Assembly (NCBI GenBank): GCA_963804165.1
Contig: CAWDPO010000028.1
Span: forward strand, 1 to 30,854
DNA length: 30,854 nt
Direction: 5' to 3'
Source of the DNA: an uncultured delta proteobacterium
Lineage (GTDB): Bacteria > Desulfobacterota > Binatia > UBA9968
This document shows, piece after piece, positions 1-9,727 of the stretch (position 1 is its first letter; each line of letters opens with the position of its first letter). The position numbers and the translations under genes are program-made. A model generated the notes under the pieces. It made no database searches. It was not told the DNA's origin and saw nothing but the letters and a program-made list of their open reading frames with translations.

Positions 1-351
1 AACAATCTCTACAATCTTTGAATCGTTGCCGGCCGGGTTGGAGCCTTAAAACGCGCTTTGCCGAGGCTCCGGCGACGCTGGCTGCTTTGATTTCCCGTAA
101 GGCGCAGCGAGATAATTCTGCTTCTCGGCAACTGCGTGTGTCTGCGCAACTCGCCTAGGACGTCTTGGCAACCTTTCATTCACTCCTTTCTCGTAGGCGA
201 GCACCCTTCTTGACGCTCGGGCGCTCCTGCATGCGCTTGAAATGCGCCACGGTTATTGCATCTCCGCAAACTTTGTTGAATCCTCAAGCTCAGTTTACCC
301 TATACTTTGGTAAATAAAACCATCTCTCTGTCCTGATGATGCTGGGAAAAT

Positions 352-1494
352 ATGATCTCGCGTAACCACGGCTTTGTGAACCTCGCTGCATGCACGGCGA
401 TCTGTGTCGCTCTGTGGATCGCATCCTCCGTTCCGTTCGTTGCCGCCCAGTCGAGTTGGCAAGCGGAGTGGGAAAAAACGCTGCGCGCCGCCGAAGCTGA
501 GGGGCAGTTTGCGCTGTATGGTTGCTGTTACGATTACGACCGCGTGTTGGAAGTATTCAGGAAAAGATACCCTAAGATCAAAGCGAACATCGTCGTTGCC
601 GTCGCCGGCAATTCGCTGGCATCGCGCATCCTGGCCGAACGGCGCGGTGAAAAATATCTCGTGGACGTGGTGAGCTCCGGGGCCAACATGCTGCACGACG
701 CGCTTTACAAGGCGCAGGTTCTCGAACCGATCAAACCCGCGCTCATACTTCCCGAAGTCTTGGATCAAACAAAGTGGTATGAGGGCGAACACCGCTACAT
801 CGATCCGGACAAGCGCTACATTTTTGCCTTTGTCGCCAATTCTCTATCAGGCCAAGTCGCTTATAACTTGAAGCAGGCCACTCCCAGCGAGTTCAAATCG
901 TACTGGGATTTATTGCAGCCCAAGTGGAAAGGGAAAACGGTGTCCCTCGACCCGACGGCCTTCGGCATGGGAGCGACGCTGCAGTTTTTTTACTATCATC
1001 CTGACCTCGGCCCGCCATTTCTCAAAAAACTCTATGGCGACATGCAGATCACCGTGAGCCGTGATCCGCGGCAGATGACCGACTGGCTTTCCGCGGGCAA
1101 ATTCTCTTTGTGTATTCGCTGCAACGCGGGCAGCGAAGTAGGCAAGGCCATGCAGCACAAGCTGCCGATCGGCTACCTCGACGCCGAAGATTGGAAGGAG
1201 GGCGGCAGCAGCAGTGCCGCCGGCGGCACGCTGGGCATCCCGACGCGCGCGCCCCACCCCAATGCGGCGAAGGTTTTCGTCAACTGGCTGCTGTCCCGAG
1301 AAGGGCAGCTTGCGTTGCAGAAATTCGGCCGGGCCGACGCGCACAATTCGCGCCGCATCGATATTCCAAAAGACGAAGTCGATCCCTACAACCGCCTGGA
1401 AGAAGGCAAGAAATATTTCGATCTGGCCAGACCGGAGTACCAAGACCTGACGCCGATATTCAAGTTGGTCAAAGAGGTACTGCCGCAAAAGTGA
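352..1494 (+). CDS. ABC-transporter extracellular solute-binding protein (Fe3+/thiamine/polyamine-like SBP)
   Basis: 380-aa ORF with N-terminal signal-like segment, 'WEKTLRAAEAEG' start, 'KSYWDLLQPKWKGK' and 'APHPNAAKVFVNWLLSREGQ' motifs typical of this SBP family; no permease adjacent. Confidence 0.85.
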   Translation: MISRNHGFVNLAACTAICVALWIASSVPFVAAQSSWQAEWEKTLRAAEAEGQFALYGCCYDYDRVLEVFRKRYPKIKANIVVAVAGNSLASRILAERRGEKYLVDVVSSGANMLHDALYKAQVLEPIKPALILPEVLDQTKWYEGEHRYIDPDKRYIFAFVANSLSGQVAYNLKQATPSEFKSYWDLLQPKWKGKTVSLDPTAFGMGATLQFFYYHPDLGPPFLKKLYGDMQITVSRDPRQMTDWLSAGKFSLCIRCNAGSEVGKAMQHKLPIGYLDAEDWKEGGSSSAAGGTLGIPTRAPHPNAAKVFVNWLLSREGQLALQKFGRADAHNSRRIDIPKDEVDPYNRLEEGKKYFDLARPEYQDLTPIFKLVKEVLPQK

Positions 1495-1502
1495 TGACCG
1501 CC

Positions 1503-1620
1503 TCAGCAAGGTTCTGCCAGCTCCAAGCCGGCCGCGAGCCATGACGGTGCCGCTGCAGGCGACACAATAAATTTGACGAACTCGATCGCCGCAGAAGGAG
1601 ATGCAGAGGCTCCGGTCAAA
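1503..1620 (-). pseudogene. C-terminal remnant of a ModA-like substrate-binding protein
   Basis: Translation 'GASASPSAAIEFVKFIVSPAAAPSWLAAGLE*' resembles the C-terminal helix of molybdate-type SBPs; the upstream part is replaced by the aldo/keto reductase 3' end. Confidence 0.45.
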
Positions 1621-1623
1621 TCT

Positions 1624-2595
1624 TTATGCTTTTGACTCTGCATCTCCCGCGGTCGTCCGAAGCGAACCCTTTTTCCCAAATGGGCCCGCGAAAGTTCTTT
1701 CAAGTCGCGCGAGGATAGAATCTGGCAGCGGCGGTTTGAGAATTGACGCTATATTGGCCTGGAGATGCTCGGGATTCCCCGTTCCCGTTAACACGACATC
1801 CATACCCGGTTCGTAACGGCAGAAACGATAAGCCGCTTCAGGAACAGTTAAAGCGCCGCCGTCACCAATAACAAAATCCAGCGGCTCGTCAGAATTCAGC
1901 GAATCGGAGGCAACAAACCCTTTCTCAACTAGAGATTGGCAAAGTGCCTTGAGGCGAGCCGGTTGGCTCAAGCCGCTGCGCACAGCGTACATACCGATAA
2001 CACCGACGTCCTGCTTTTTGGCGAGAGGGAAAATATTTCTCCGCGCGTAAGGAACCAACAGGTTGAAACCCACCATGATGACGTCCCAGCAGTTATCCTG
2101 GAGCGACTGCTGCAGCATGGTATGCGTGGGATCTTCGACAAAGTGTTCGGTAATCCCGATCGCCCGAATTTTTCCTTCTGCACGGAGTTTCTTCAAAACC
2201 GGCAAGAACCGCTCTTTGGCGTACCCGTAATCTTTAAGATCAACGCCATGCAAATGGTAAATGTCGATATAGTCCGTACGCAACTGTTTCAGGCTCTGCT
2301 CCAGACTTCGCCTGATTTCTCTTTCCGGGTTTTCGCTATCGCTCAAAGTCTTCTTCGTGGAAATCACTAACCGGTCTCGCGGCACATCCGCGATCGCCTG
2401 GCCAACGACATGTTCAGTCCCATACCCTTCAGCGGTGTCGAAAAAATTCACGCCAAGGTCGATCGCCTGGCGCACGAGGCTGATCGAGAGCCCACCGCTC
2501 TTGTCTTGTTTCAGCCCGAGCAGACTTGGCCCACCGCAACCCAAGCCCGCAACGCTAACTTTAATTCCCGTCTTGCCGAGGCACGTGTATTCCAC
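1624..2595 (-). CDS. Aldo/keto reductase
   Basis: 'LGKTGIKVSVAGLGC', 'GVNFFDTAEGYG', 'ISTK', 'SLKQLRTDYIDIYHLH' (D-Y-K-H tetrad), 'GKIRAIGIT'. Confidence 0.93.
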   Translation of the reverse strand: MEYTCLGKTGIKVSVAGLGCGGPSLLGLKQDKSGGLSISLVRQAIDLGVNFFDTAEGYGTEHVVGQAIADVPRDRLVISTKKTLSDSENPEREIRRSLEQSLKQLRTDYIDIYHLHGVDLKDYGYAKERFLPVLKKLRAEGKIRAIGITEHFVEDPTHTMLQQSLQDNCWDVIMVGFNLLVPYARRNIFPLAKKQDVGVIGMYAVRSGLSQPARLKALCQSLVEKGFVASDSLNSDEPLDFVIGDGGALTVPEAAYRFCRYEPGMDVVLTGTGNPEHLQANIASILKPPLPDSILARLERTFAGPFGKKGSLRTTAGDAESKA

Positions 2596-2657
2596 GGAAT
2601 TGTAGTCGCGTATCCGTCCAAGAGTTCAGCGAAAATGAAATCTAACCCGATTATTTC

Positions 2658-4607
2658 TCATTTGTTCTTATCCACGAAGCGGTTTTGGATCTCCTCATCG
2701 GACAAAGATTCGATTTCTTTCAAAATCAGCGCAAGGGCACCCGTGCCGATTTCCTCGCCTCGAGCGAGCAACACATACTCGGCCATTGAGGCCACCGAAG
2801 GCGATTCGAACAAGCTGCTTATGGGGATATTCACCTTGAGTCTTTGTCGCACTCGAGCGATGATTTGCGTTGCCAAAAGGGAATCGCCGCCCAATTCGAA
2901 GAAATTGTCATGGACGCCTACCTGATCCAACTTAAGAACTTCAGCCCATATCGCAGCGACTTCCGTTTCCATCGCAGTTCTCGGTGATACAAACGGGTCT
3001 TCCAAGTCCGGCCGATCTCGGCCGGGAAGCGGCAGACGAAGACGATCGGTTTTCCCGTTCGGTGTCTGGGGAATCGCATCGATCGAGACAAACACCGATG
3101 GGATCATATAGTCGGGCAGCACTCGTGCAAGGCTCTGGCGCAGCTTGGTCACGGTGACGGGCGGATGCGTCGTCGGAACGAAATAGGCGACCAATCGCTG
3201 TTGAGACATGCTATCTTGGCTCCCAACGACAACGGCAGACTCGATACCATCAATGGCGCGCAAAGCAACCTCAACTTCGGCAACATCGATGCGAAAGCCG
3301 CGAATCTTGACCTGAAAATCTTCGCGGCCAACGTGAATCAAGCAACCATCCGGTTCGCGAACGCCCAAGTCGCCCGTTAAGTATATGCGCGCATCGCTAC
3401 CCGTTGGGTCAGGCAAGAAAACGGCATTGGTTCGCTCGGGGTCGCGCCAGTATCCGCGCGAGATATACCGGCTCTTCACAGCGAGCTGACCGACTTCCCC
3501 TGGACCAACTTCTTGACCCGCGTCATCGAGCACGAGCACGTCCTTGTCTGGCAGGGAGTACCCGATCGGCAACTTGCTGCCGGCTACCTGCGCGCCATGC
3601 GGAATAAGAGCCCAACAGACGGTCAAGCATTCGGTTGGTCCGAGGGCATGGACCAGAACGCAATGGGGCAGAAAGTGTTGATTGAAAAAATCGAGATCAG
3701 CTCGAAGCATCGGTTCGCCGCCGACCGATAGCACTCGGACAGCCGGAAATTTCAAGCCTTTTTCCAAAGTGCCCATAAAGTCCCGAAACGTCGTTGGGAC
3801 ACTTCGTACAATGGTTATATCGTTGGCGAGCAACCAATTCGGCAAATCGGCGAAGCCCTCTTTCTTGATATCGTAGGGGTAAACTGCGCCGCCATTGAGC
3901 AGAGAACTGTAGATCGTTCGCACGGAATTGGCGAAACTAACCGAGGTGTGTAACAACCAACGATCCTGCTCCGTGACGCACCACCCGTTGGTCAGGTTGC
4001 GAACGTCGACAAGGACGTTTTGATGCGTGTGCATTACCCCTTTTGGCTGTCCGGTCGAGCCCGAAGTATAGAGCAGTAGGGCTAGGCTGTTCGGCGTCGG
4101 ATAAACGCCTAAATCATCATCGGCAAGATCTAGCTTCACATCAGCGAAATTAACGACGTCTGCTGTTTCACCGCCTAGTTGGCGGGCAAAAGCATAGTTT
4201 TCCGGATCCGTGACGATCAGTCTGGCACCGGAATCCTGCAGCATAGATTGCAAGCGATCGGGTGGATAACCCGCATCCAAGACTAGATAAAACTTGCCGC
4301 TTTTCAGCACCGCCATGATCGCGATGAGAACAGGCGCGCCATGATCGAACAATAGCGCGATCGGCTCTGCCGACTCGTCTCGACGTGAAAGGATCTCTCG
4401 TGCCAGTCGATTTGCGGTCCGATTGAGCGCTGCGTAGGTAAATGTTTCGCGCTCCGATTTAATTGCAACTCGATCGCTGTAAGCGCGCACCTGCTGCTCG
4501 AAGCGCTGCGGAATCGATTGTTCGATCTCTCCATCAGTAAAAATCTTAAAATCTCCGGTCGGCCGGACTGTAATGCGTGGAATCCTGTTGGTTGATGTTA
4601 TCTGCAT
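2658..4607 (-). CDS. Stand-alone NRPS-like adenylation + peptidyl-carrier (A-PCP) protein
   Basis: A3 'YTSGSTGQPKG', A7 'YLTGDL', A8 'GREDFQVKIRGFRI', A9 'LPDYMIP', A10 'NGKTDR', PCP 'DNFFELGGDSL'; no C or TE domain. Confidence 0.92.
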   Translation of the reverse strand: MQITSTNRIPRITVRPTGDFKIFTDGEIEQSIPQRFEQQVRAYSDRVAIKSERETFTYAALNRTANRLAREILSRRDESAEPIALLFDHGAPVLIAIMAVLKSGKFYLVLDAGYPPDRLQSMLQDSGARLIVTDPENYAFARQLGGETADVVNFADVKLDLADDDLGVYPTPNSLALLLYTSGSTGQPKGVMHTHQNVLVDVRNLTNGWCVTEQDRWLLHTSVSFANSVRTIYSSLLNGGAVYPYDIKKEGFADLPNWLLANDITIVRSVPTTFRDFMGTLEKGLKFPAVRVLSVGGEPMLRADLDFFNQHFLPHCVLVHALGPTECLTVCWALIPHGAQVAGSKLPIGYSLPDKDVLVLDDAGQEVGPGEVGQLAVKSRYISRGYWRDPERTNAVFLPDPTGSDARIYLTGDLGVREPDGCLIHVGREDFQVKIRGFRIDVAEVEVALRAIDGIESAVVVGSQDSMSQQRLVAYFVPTTHPPVTVTKLRQSLARVLPDYMIPSVFVSIDAIPQTPNGKTDRLRLPLPGRDRPDLEDPFVSPRTAMETEVAAIWAEVLKLDQVGVHDNFFELGGDSLLATQIIARVRQRLKVNIPISSLFESPSVASMAEYVLLARGEEIGTGALALILKEIESLSDEEIQNRFVDKNK

Positions 4608-4768
4608 AACTAAACAAAACGGCGTTTAGCGATAAAGTGTACTGTTCGATGCGGTTGAAAGCAATCGAGATTCTTTTGACAAGCAGATGAGCAGGACCAC
4701 TTACTCATTGCGGGGTCGCATCTTTGCGGCCTGTTGCCCAAACCTGCGCGCCCGACAGAAGATCTTTT

Positions 4769-4920
4769 TGGAGCCAGCCGTGGGAAAGACTCAAAGGACA
4801 GATTTACTTAGGGAGTGAAGCCTTCGTCGAAAGGCAGTCGCTGCAAAATCGAGAACTCAGGGAGATGCTCCGCGCGCAAGTGAGAGCCGTCCGGCCGAAG
4901 CTGGAGAGGATCCTAAAAGG
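4769..4920 (+). pseudogene. RAYT (REP-associated tyrosine transposase) C-terminal remnant
   Basis: 'QPWERLKGQIYLGSEAFVERQ...REMLRAQVRAVRPKLERIL' matches the post-catalytic segment of long RAYT/Y1 transposases; preceded by GGGGTCGCATCTTTG REP-like motif at ~4712. Confidence 0.6.
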
Positions 4921-5040
4921 AATTCCCGCTTGTTTTGGCTGTCGCACGCAGAGCTTCTCACCCAGGACTCCGTTTGAAGAGCAGAAGCGCGGGTCAGTTT
5001 TTCCGCTCATCCCGAGTAGCGCAAACCGCGTATCGAAGGA

Positions 5041-5068
5041 TTGAACGCTGGAACGGTTCGGAACAAAT
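5041..5068 (+). repeat. Short GGAAC/TTGAAC repeat cluster (copy 1 of 4)
   Basis: ttgaacgctggaacggttcggaacaaat; similar clusters at 20272, 21208, 22758. Confidence 0.55.
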
Positions 5069-5083
5069 GTTTTGGACGTCAGG

Positions 5084-5240
5084 CCTTCCGCCGGTTTCGT
5101 GGGTAATCCCGAAAATTCGTCAAACTGAAACAACAGGACCGCGCTCTCACGTTGACCACGTGGTGAGACCGACGAAAATCCGCGACGCAGAGGATCACTG
5201 AAAAGGTGTTCAGCGAGTTTGTCCAGCTAGTCAACAACGT
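5084..5240 (+). repeat. Dispersed intergenic repeat, longest composite copy (modules C + D)
   Basis: 5121-5162 matches 20172-20213 at 41/42 nt; 5134-5181 resembles 19018-19066; 5186-5240 resembles 16380-16436. Confidence 0.85.
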
Positions 5241-5288
5241 TCCAATGAGTTCCCCCGGCCTGCTCATTCAAAGCGAGCGAGTGGTCTG

Positions 5289-6548
5289 TTAGAGAATTTC
5301 GTTTAGCATGTAGAAAGCGTTGTCTTTCAGTTTGTGCCACAGCCCGCGCTTACGCCACGCCTCAAGCTCAATTTCCTCGCAATCGGGTGCGTACTTCTCG
5401 AAGACTGCATCGAGCCTCTGTGCCGTTTCTGGGTCCCGGATGCCGAGCGTAATTTCATCGTTGGTCTCGAAAGACCGGTCGTCGAAGTTGCTTGAACCGA
5501 CTGCACTCCACACACCATCAATGGTCATCACTTTCTGGTGCAGCAGCGTGTGCGGATACTCGAACAGACGCACGCCGCAGCGCAGAAGCTTTTCGAAGTT
5601 GCGGTGCCCGGCGTGTTGCACCATGGGATTATCGGACCCCCCAGTCGAAGGCATCATCACGCGTACATCGACGCCTCGGGAAACCGCTTCCCCGAACGCG
5701 TCGATCGCTTCAGGTTCGGGAATAAAATAAGGATTCTGAATCCAGATTCGCTTGCGGGCGAGGCATATGGCCGTGTGGTGAAGAATCTTCACGGCAGGCG
5801 CCGAGCCTTCCGGCTTTGCGTATGCCGCATGGATCAACACGTCGCCCGCAGGTTCCAGAGTCGGAAACACATCGTCGCCGAGGAACAACTCCCCCGTTTC
5901 CCCAGCCCAGTTCTCGCTGAACGCGGACTGCACGCTGTTCACGATGGGGCCGCGCAACCTAAGGCTGATGTCACCGAAGTGTTCGCTGTCTTGGGCGTTG
6001 CCCAGCCAACTGTCGACGATGCAATGACCACCCACGAATGCTTCGTGCCCGTCGATGACGACGAGCTTGCGATGGTCGCGGTCGTTTAGCACGCCGATGT
6101 TGCGGAAAGCCTTTTCATGGAAAAGCACGACCCGGCATCCGGCTTCTTCCATCTGTCGCATAGCGGCCTTGCCGACTTCTTTCGAGCCCGTTGCGTCAAG
6201 CAGGACACGCACCTGCTTGCCGGCGCGAGCCGCCTCCGACAGCGCGTCCGCCATGCGCTGACCGAGCACCCCTTCCTTCCAAAGAAAGGTTTCGAAATGC
6301 ACTGACTTTTGAGCCGATCGAATTCGCTGCAACAGCACGTCAAAAAATGCGCCATTCTCCAAGACTTCGACGGAATTGCCGGCAACGGCGGTGCTGAGCG
6401 TCAGGCCAGCTAGGGAAGGAATCAGCTCATCGATCGGCGAACTACATTCAATGTGCAGTTTGGGATCACGGTGACGTTTAATCGACCAAATGACAATCGA
6501 TAGCAGCAAAACCACGCAAACAAGCGCTGCCGCTGCAAAAATGTTCAT
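5289..6548 (-). CDS. cls: Cardiolipin synthase / phospholipase D family
   Basis: Two HKD motifs ('DHRKLVVIDG', 'LHQKVMTIDG'), 'QNPYFIP', 'GSSNFDDRSF'; start taken at ATG 6548 (MNIFAAAAL, N-terminal TM helix). Confidence 0.9.
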   Translation of the reverse strand: MNIFAAAALVCVVLLLSIVIWSIKRHRDPKLHIECSSPIDELIPSLAGLTLSTAVAGNSVEVLENGAFFDVLLQRIRSAQKSVHFETFLWKEGVLGQRMADALSEAARAGKQVRVLLDATGSKEVGKAAMRQMEEAGCRVVLFHEKAFRNIGVLNDRDHRKLVVIDGHEAFVGGHCIVDSWLGNAQDSEHFGDISLRLRGPIVNSVQSAFSENWAGETGELFLGDDVFPTLEPAGDVLIHAAYAKPEGSAPAVKILHHTAICLARKRIWIQNPYFIPEPEAIDAFGEAVSRGVDVRVMMPSTGGSDNPMVQHAGHRNFEKLLRCGVRLFEYPHTLLHQKVMTIDGVWSAVGSSNFDDRSFETNDEITLGIRDPETAQRLDAVFEKYAPDCEEIELEAWRKRGLWHKLKDNAFYMLNEIL

Positions 6549-6712
6549 CGTACCTACTCTATGAGGTCGAATGCAGCGGAGCAAGTTATCGATGGCAAAC
6601 TCATCCGCCTGCTCGCCGAGGGGACCTGGGTGCCGATGGCGACGGTGCAATTTGCCGCCATGACTGGAGCAGTGTTAGCCGACTGGATGGCTGTGCGGGC
6701 CAAGGGTTAGTA

Positions 6713-6760
6713 GTTGATTACGTGCTGAGGCCGAGGAAAATCCGAAATGTCAAAACACAA
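6713..6760 (+). repeat. Dispersed intergenic repeat, module C (degenerate copy)
   Basis: gttgattacgtgctgaggccgaggaaaatccgaaatgtcaaaacac aligns to 5151-5181, 14211-14243 and 19045-19080. Confidence 0.7.
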
Positions 6761-6929
6761 GAGTCGAAACAATTGGATTATGAAATGGAACCGCCGGGCC
6801 GAAAGAAACATCAAACCTGGAACCTTTTGATCAGTCTAATATTCACGATCAAGTATCGCGGCCCAACTCGGCGCGTAATCTTCCGCAGCGGGTAACAACT
6901 GGGGTCAAACAAGTGAGGTCAAACCCGGG

Positions 6930-7209
6930 CTAGTTCAACTTGACCCAAAACGTGCTACGAGAGTCCGGCTCGACTAACTTAGCGCGTAGAGCATTGCGTT
7001 CGACGTATCTCGCCACTGTAATAAAGTGTTCGTCGGTCTGGACAGGAAACGATTTGAACCTCCCCTGATACACAGGACCAGTCCCCGACGAGTGCCTGTA
7101 AGCATGCCAACGCTGCGTGTGCGTTACCGTGATCCAGCGCATGACCGACGCGCCGGTTTAGGACACGATACGCAATACCACCAGTTGATAGACGAGGTCG
7201 ACGCGGCAC
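6930..7209 (-). pseudogene. Internally deleted RAYT / Y1 transposase
   Basis: N-terminus 'MPRRPRLSTGGIAYRVLNR' joined out of frame to 'MRWITVTHTQRWH...VYQGRFKSFPVQTDEHFITVARYVERNALRAKLV'; HUH segment missing; flanked by GGGGTCAAA (6901) and GATTCCCGACCCCTTTT (7255) REP-like motifs. Confidence 0.85.
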
Positions 7210-7324
7210 TTGATCATCGCATCTATCGCAATCACTCCTCCCGCGTTAAGAAAAGATTCCCGACCCCTTTTCTCACCCTTACTATTGCTGCGGCTACCTC
7301 GAAGTCTGGAAGACTTTCCACCGG

Positions 7325-8374
7325 CTAGCGCCTTGGTAACGGCCCCGAGCCGGATAACTTTTTGAATAGATCGATAATTTCCGGTTCACGGGGGATTTCG
7401 CGCAGCTGTTTTTCGAACTCATCGGGGGCGATCGGCATGGCCGGCTCGGAGGTGAGTTTCTCGTAGCTCTTGACGTAATCGGGATCGGCGAAGGCATTGC
7501 GCATGGCTTCTCGCAAAATCTTTACTCGGTCAGGCGGTGTGGCGGGGGGGAGGACAAACGGCTGGCCGGTGCCGCGTGCTCCGCGAAATAGGGCGATCAA
7601 GCGGCGTTCCTGATTAGACCTAGCTAGGGCTTCGATCTCGAGAAGTTTAGCCAGCCGCGGATGGCTGTAACTGATATCTTTGGGGATGTCCATGGTGGCG
7701 TTTATGTCGACCATATCTTTGTCGAGCCAATGGGCATTACGCGTCAGCAAGCTGTCTAGGATGCTCACTCGGGCGTCGATCTCGTTGCGCTCCAAGGCGA
7801 AGTCGATTTCCCGCGGCGTGTAGCCGGTGACGAAGCGCGGCTCTTTTAGGTCGAACATGTAAGCGAACAGCCGCGCCATGGTGTACAGGCTGTGACCGAC
7901 GGAGGGAGCGCCGATACGTATTCCAGTGGCGGCGGCGAGTTTTTCCTTGGTCGTGAGGCTGGCGCCTTTGCGGCTGATGAAGCCGTAGGGCGCGTAGCGC
8001 GCGTGGGAGCCGAGATAGATGAACTTGTCGATGTCGTAGAGCACGTCGCTCTCGCCGAACAGCGTGCCCTGGATCATGCCGGTAATCATGGCGCCCAGGG
8101 TCAAGCCGTCGGGTTTCACCGACCTGTAAAGATAATTGGCCGCTCTGCGGCCGCCGGCGCCGGGCATGTATTGCACGACGATGTTGGGATGGCCGGGAAT
8201 ATGTTTCTTCAGCGGTGCGAGGAGCGCTCGCGTGCGCAGATCGCCGGCGCCGCCGGCGTCGGTGCCGCTGACTAAGAGGATATTTTTCCCTTCGTAAAAC
8301 GGCGCTTGGGCTTGTGCGCCGGCGGCGACGCAGACAAACAAAAGACAACAGGTCAGCTGTGCAAGTTTTATCAT
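7325..8374 (-). CDS. Tripartite tricarboxylate transporter substrate-binding protein (TctC/Bug family)
   Basis: Signal peptide then 'FYEGKNI', 'KHIPGHPNIVVQYMPGAGG', 'KPDGLTLG', 'FVTGY', 'LPPATPPDRVKILREA'; start taken at ATG 8374. Confidence 0.88.
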   Translation of the reverse strand: MIKLAQLTCCLLFVCVAAGAQAQAPFYEGKNILLVSGTDAGGAGDLRTRALLAPLKKHIPGHPNIVVQYMPGAGGRRAANYLYRSVKPDGLTLGAMITGMIQGTLFGESDVLYDIDKFIYLGSHARYAPYGFISRKGASLTTKEKLAAATGIRIGAPSVGHSLYTMARLFAYMFDLKEPRFVTGYTPREIDFALERNEIDARVSILDSLLTRNAHWLDKDMVDINATMDIPKDISYSHPRLAKLLEIEALARSNQERRLIALFRGARGTGQPFVLPPATPPDRVKILREAMRNAFADPDYVKSYEKLTSEPAMPIAPDEFEKQLREIPREPEIIDLFKKLSGSGPLPRR

Positions 8375-8408
8375 CGAACTGGGTATTACAGGTCGGACCA
8401 CGCTATAT

Positions 8409-8690
8409 CTAGGCAGTTCCAGCATTTTCGTTCCATAAGAATGCGTTTTCTAGCCTTAGAGGCTCAGTATCGCCGATTAAATTGCCGTCGTAAACCTCGC
8501 ATTGCTTTCGCAACGTATACGCTCCGTCAATGTGTTCAATGTCGCGATGCATCGCTTTGCTGCCAAGCTTGCTCTTCACGTTGCGGTTCTTACGCCGATT
8601 GTATTCTTGCGCCGTCCGCCCGGCGATTAACTGCATGCTCTGGGCATGACATCCCCGCCTGTGTTTCACTAAGAGATGTACGTGGTTCAA
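8409..8690 (-). pseudogene. Internally deleted RAYT / Y1 transposase (third remnant)
   Basis: HUH motif 'NHVHLLV' and 'SMQLIAGRTAQEYNRRK' fused directly to a C-terminal tail 'VKSKLGSKAMHR...LRLENAFLWNE'; the catalytic Tyr region and the N-terminus are missing. Confidence 0.75.
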
Positions 8691-9421
8691 CGACGCGCCG
8701 CACTCACGTTCGTGCCGTAACCAAGGTCCGCGTTCCACTCACCGCGCCCCTGTGGAGTGAGATCCAGGATATGCCAAACGGGAGACAGCAGATCGATACC
8801 GCGCTCTTTGATGTCGCTCGAGAGAGAAGGATGAACTGAGTAGAAGTGGCGAGGGGTTCCGTCAGTATCTCGAGTGAAAACAGAAATGGTCGAGTCCTGA
8901 TTCCCCTCGCGGTCTTCGCTGCCGAGATCGTATTTGAACGTGTTGGCGCCGCTACTCAGTAGCCTAAGCCTGTGCCACCCGCGCGCGCGTGCATGGGCTC
9001 GCAACGCCACCGGATCGGCCGCGGCCACGATCGCAACGTCGACGTTCTGAGCCAGGTGATGAGCGACACCATTCCAACCATCGATCCGGAGCGTGCACAT
9101 TGGGCACGGCGTGGTGTTCTTCTTTCCGAACATAAACTGATAGACGACCAACGAACGATTAGGCGCGCTGAACAGTTCGCTCAGGCGGACGGTGCGGATC
9201 GACGTGTCGCCGGCATCGAGGTTCGCCGGACCCTCTTCGAATGCGTAATCCTGAATCGCCGCGACTTGCGGAAGCCCGCGGCGAAGTTCTGCTACTCGCT
9301 CTCGCTGGCGCATCAGCTCAATTTCCGCCAGTCGAAGTTCTTCTCGCTTGGACAGATATTTGTCGGATTCGTTCGGCAAATTGGTTTGTCGAAGCGTCGC
9401 GTTGATTTTCTCCTGTGCCAT
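8687..9421 (-). CDS. DUF899 family thioredoxin-like protein
   Basis: 'REELRLAEIELMRQRERVAELRRGLP', 'VYQFMFG', 'CPMCT', 'RGIDLLSPVWHILDLTPQGRG'; GGAGG RBS upstream. Confidence 0.9.
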   Translation of the reverse strand: MAQEKINATLRQTNLPNESDKYLSKREELRLAEIELMRQRERVAELRRGLPQVAAIQDYAFEEGPANLDAGDTSIRTVRLSELFSAPNRSLVVYQFMFGKKNTTPCPMCTLRIDGWNGVAHHLAQNVDVAIVAAADPVALRAHARARGWHRLRLLSSGANTFKYDLGSEDREGNQDSTISVFTRDTDGTPRHFYSVHPSLSSDIKERGIDLLSPVWHILDLTPQGRGEWNADLGYGTNVSAARR

Positions 9422-9650
9422 GGTTGATACCTCCTTAGGCTTTTCGCCAAAATAGTTTTGGAGACATTACTGCTGCATTCGCCCGCCAACACCGAATGCC
9501 TCACTCAATAGCGCGACGAATGAGCGAGCGCTTTTAGAACAGTCGTGCTGAAAATTTTTCCGACTGTTATCAAAGTATGTCAGATTGAAAGGGGATCTGA
9601 AGTATCAACCAAAAAAATCTTGCAATATCAGCCGTGCGTTGCAAAAAGAC

Positions 9651-9673
9651 TTAGTAGATTTAGGCAAGTCTGA
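9651..9673 (+). repeat. Motif B (TTAGTAGAGTTAGGCAAGTC family), copy 1
   Basis: ttagtagatttaggcaagtc matches the reverse complement of 16499-16518 at 19/20 nt. Confidence 0.75.
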
Positions 9674-9727
9674 CTGATCGATGTTACGATGCGGGACTCA
9701 AAGAAAATGAAAGCAGATTGCGGGTGC

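Noticed and set aside
9-179. 56-aa minus-strand ORF (MKGCQDVLGE...) with an AAGGAG RBS
   Set aside because: No recognisable family and basic low-information composition; the RBS alone is insufficient
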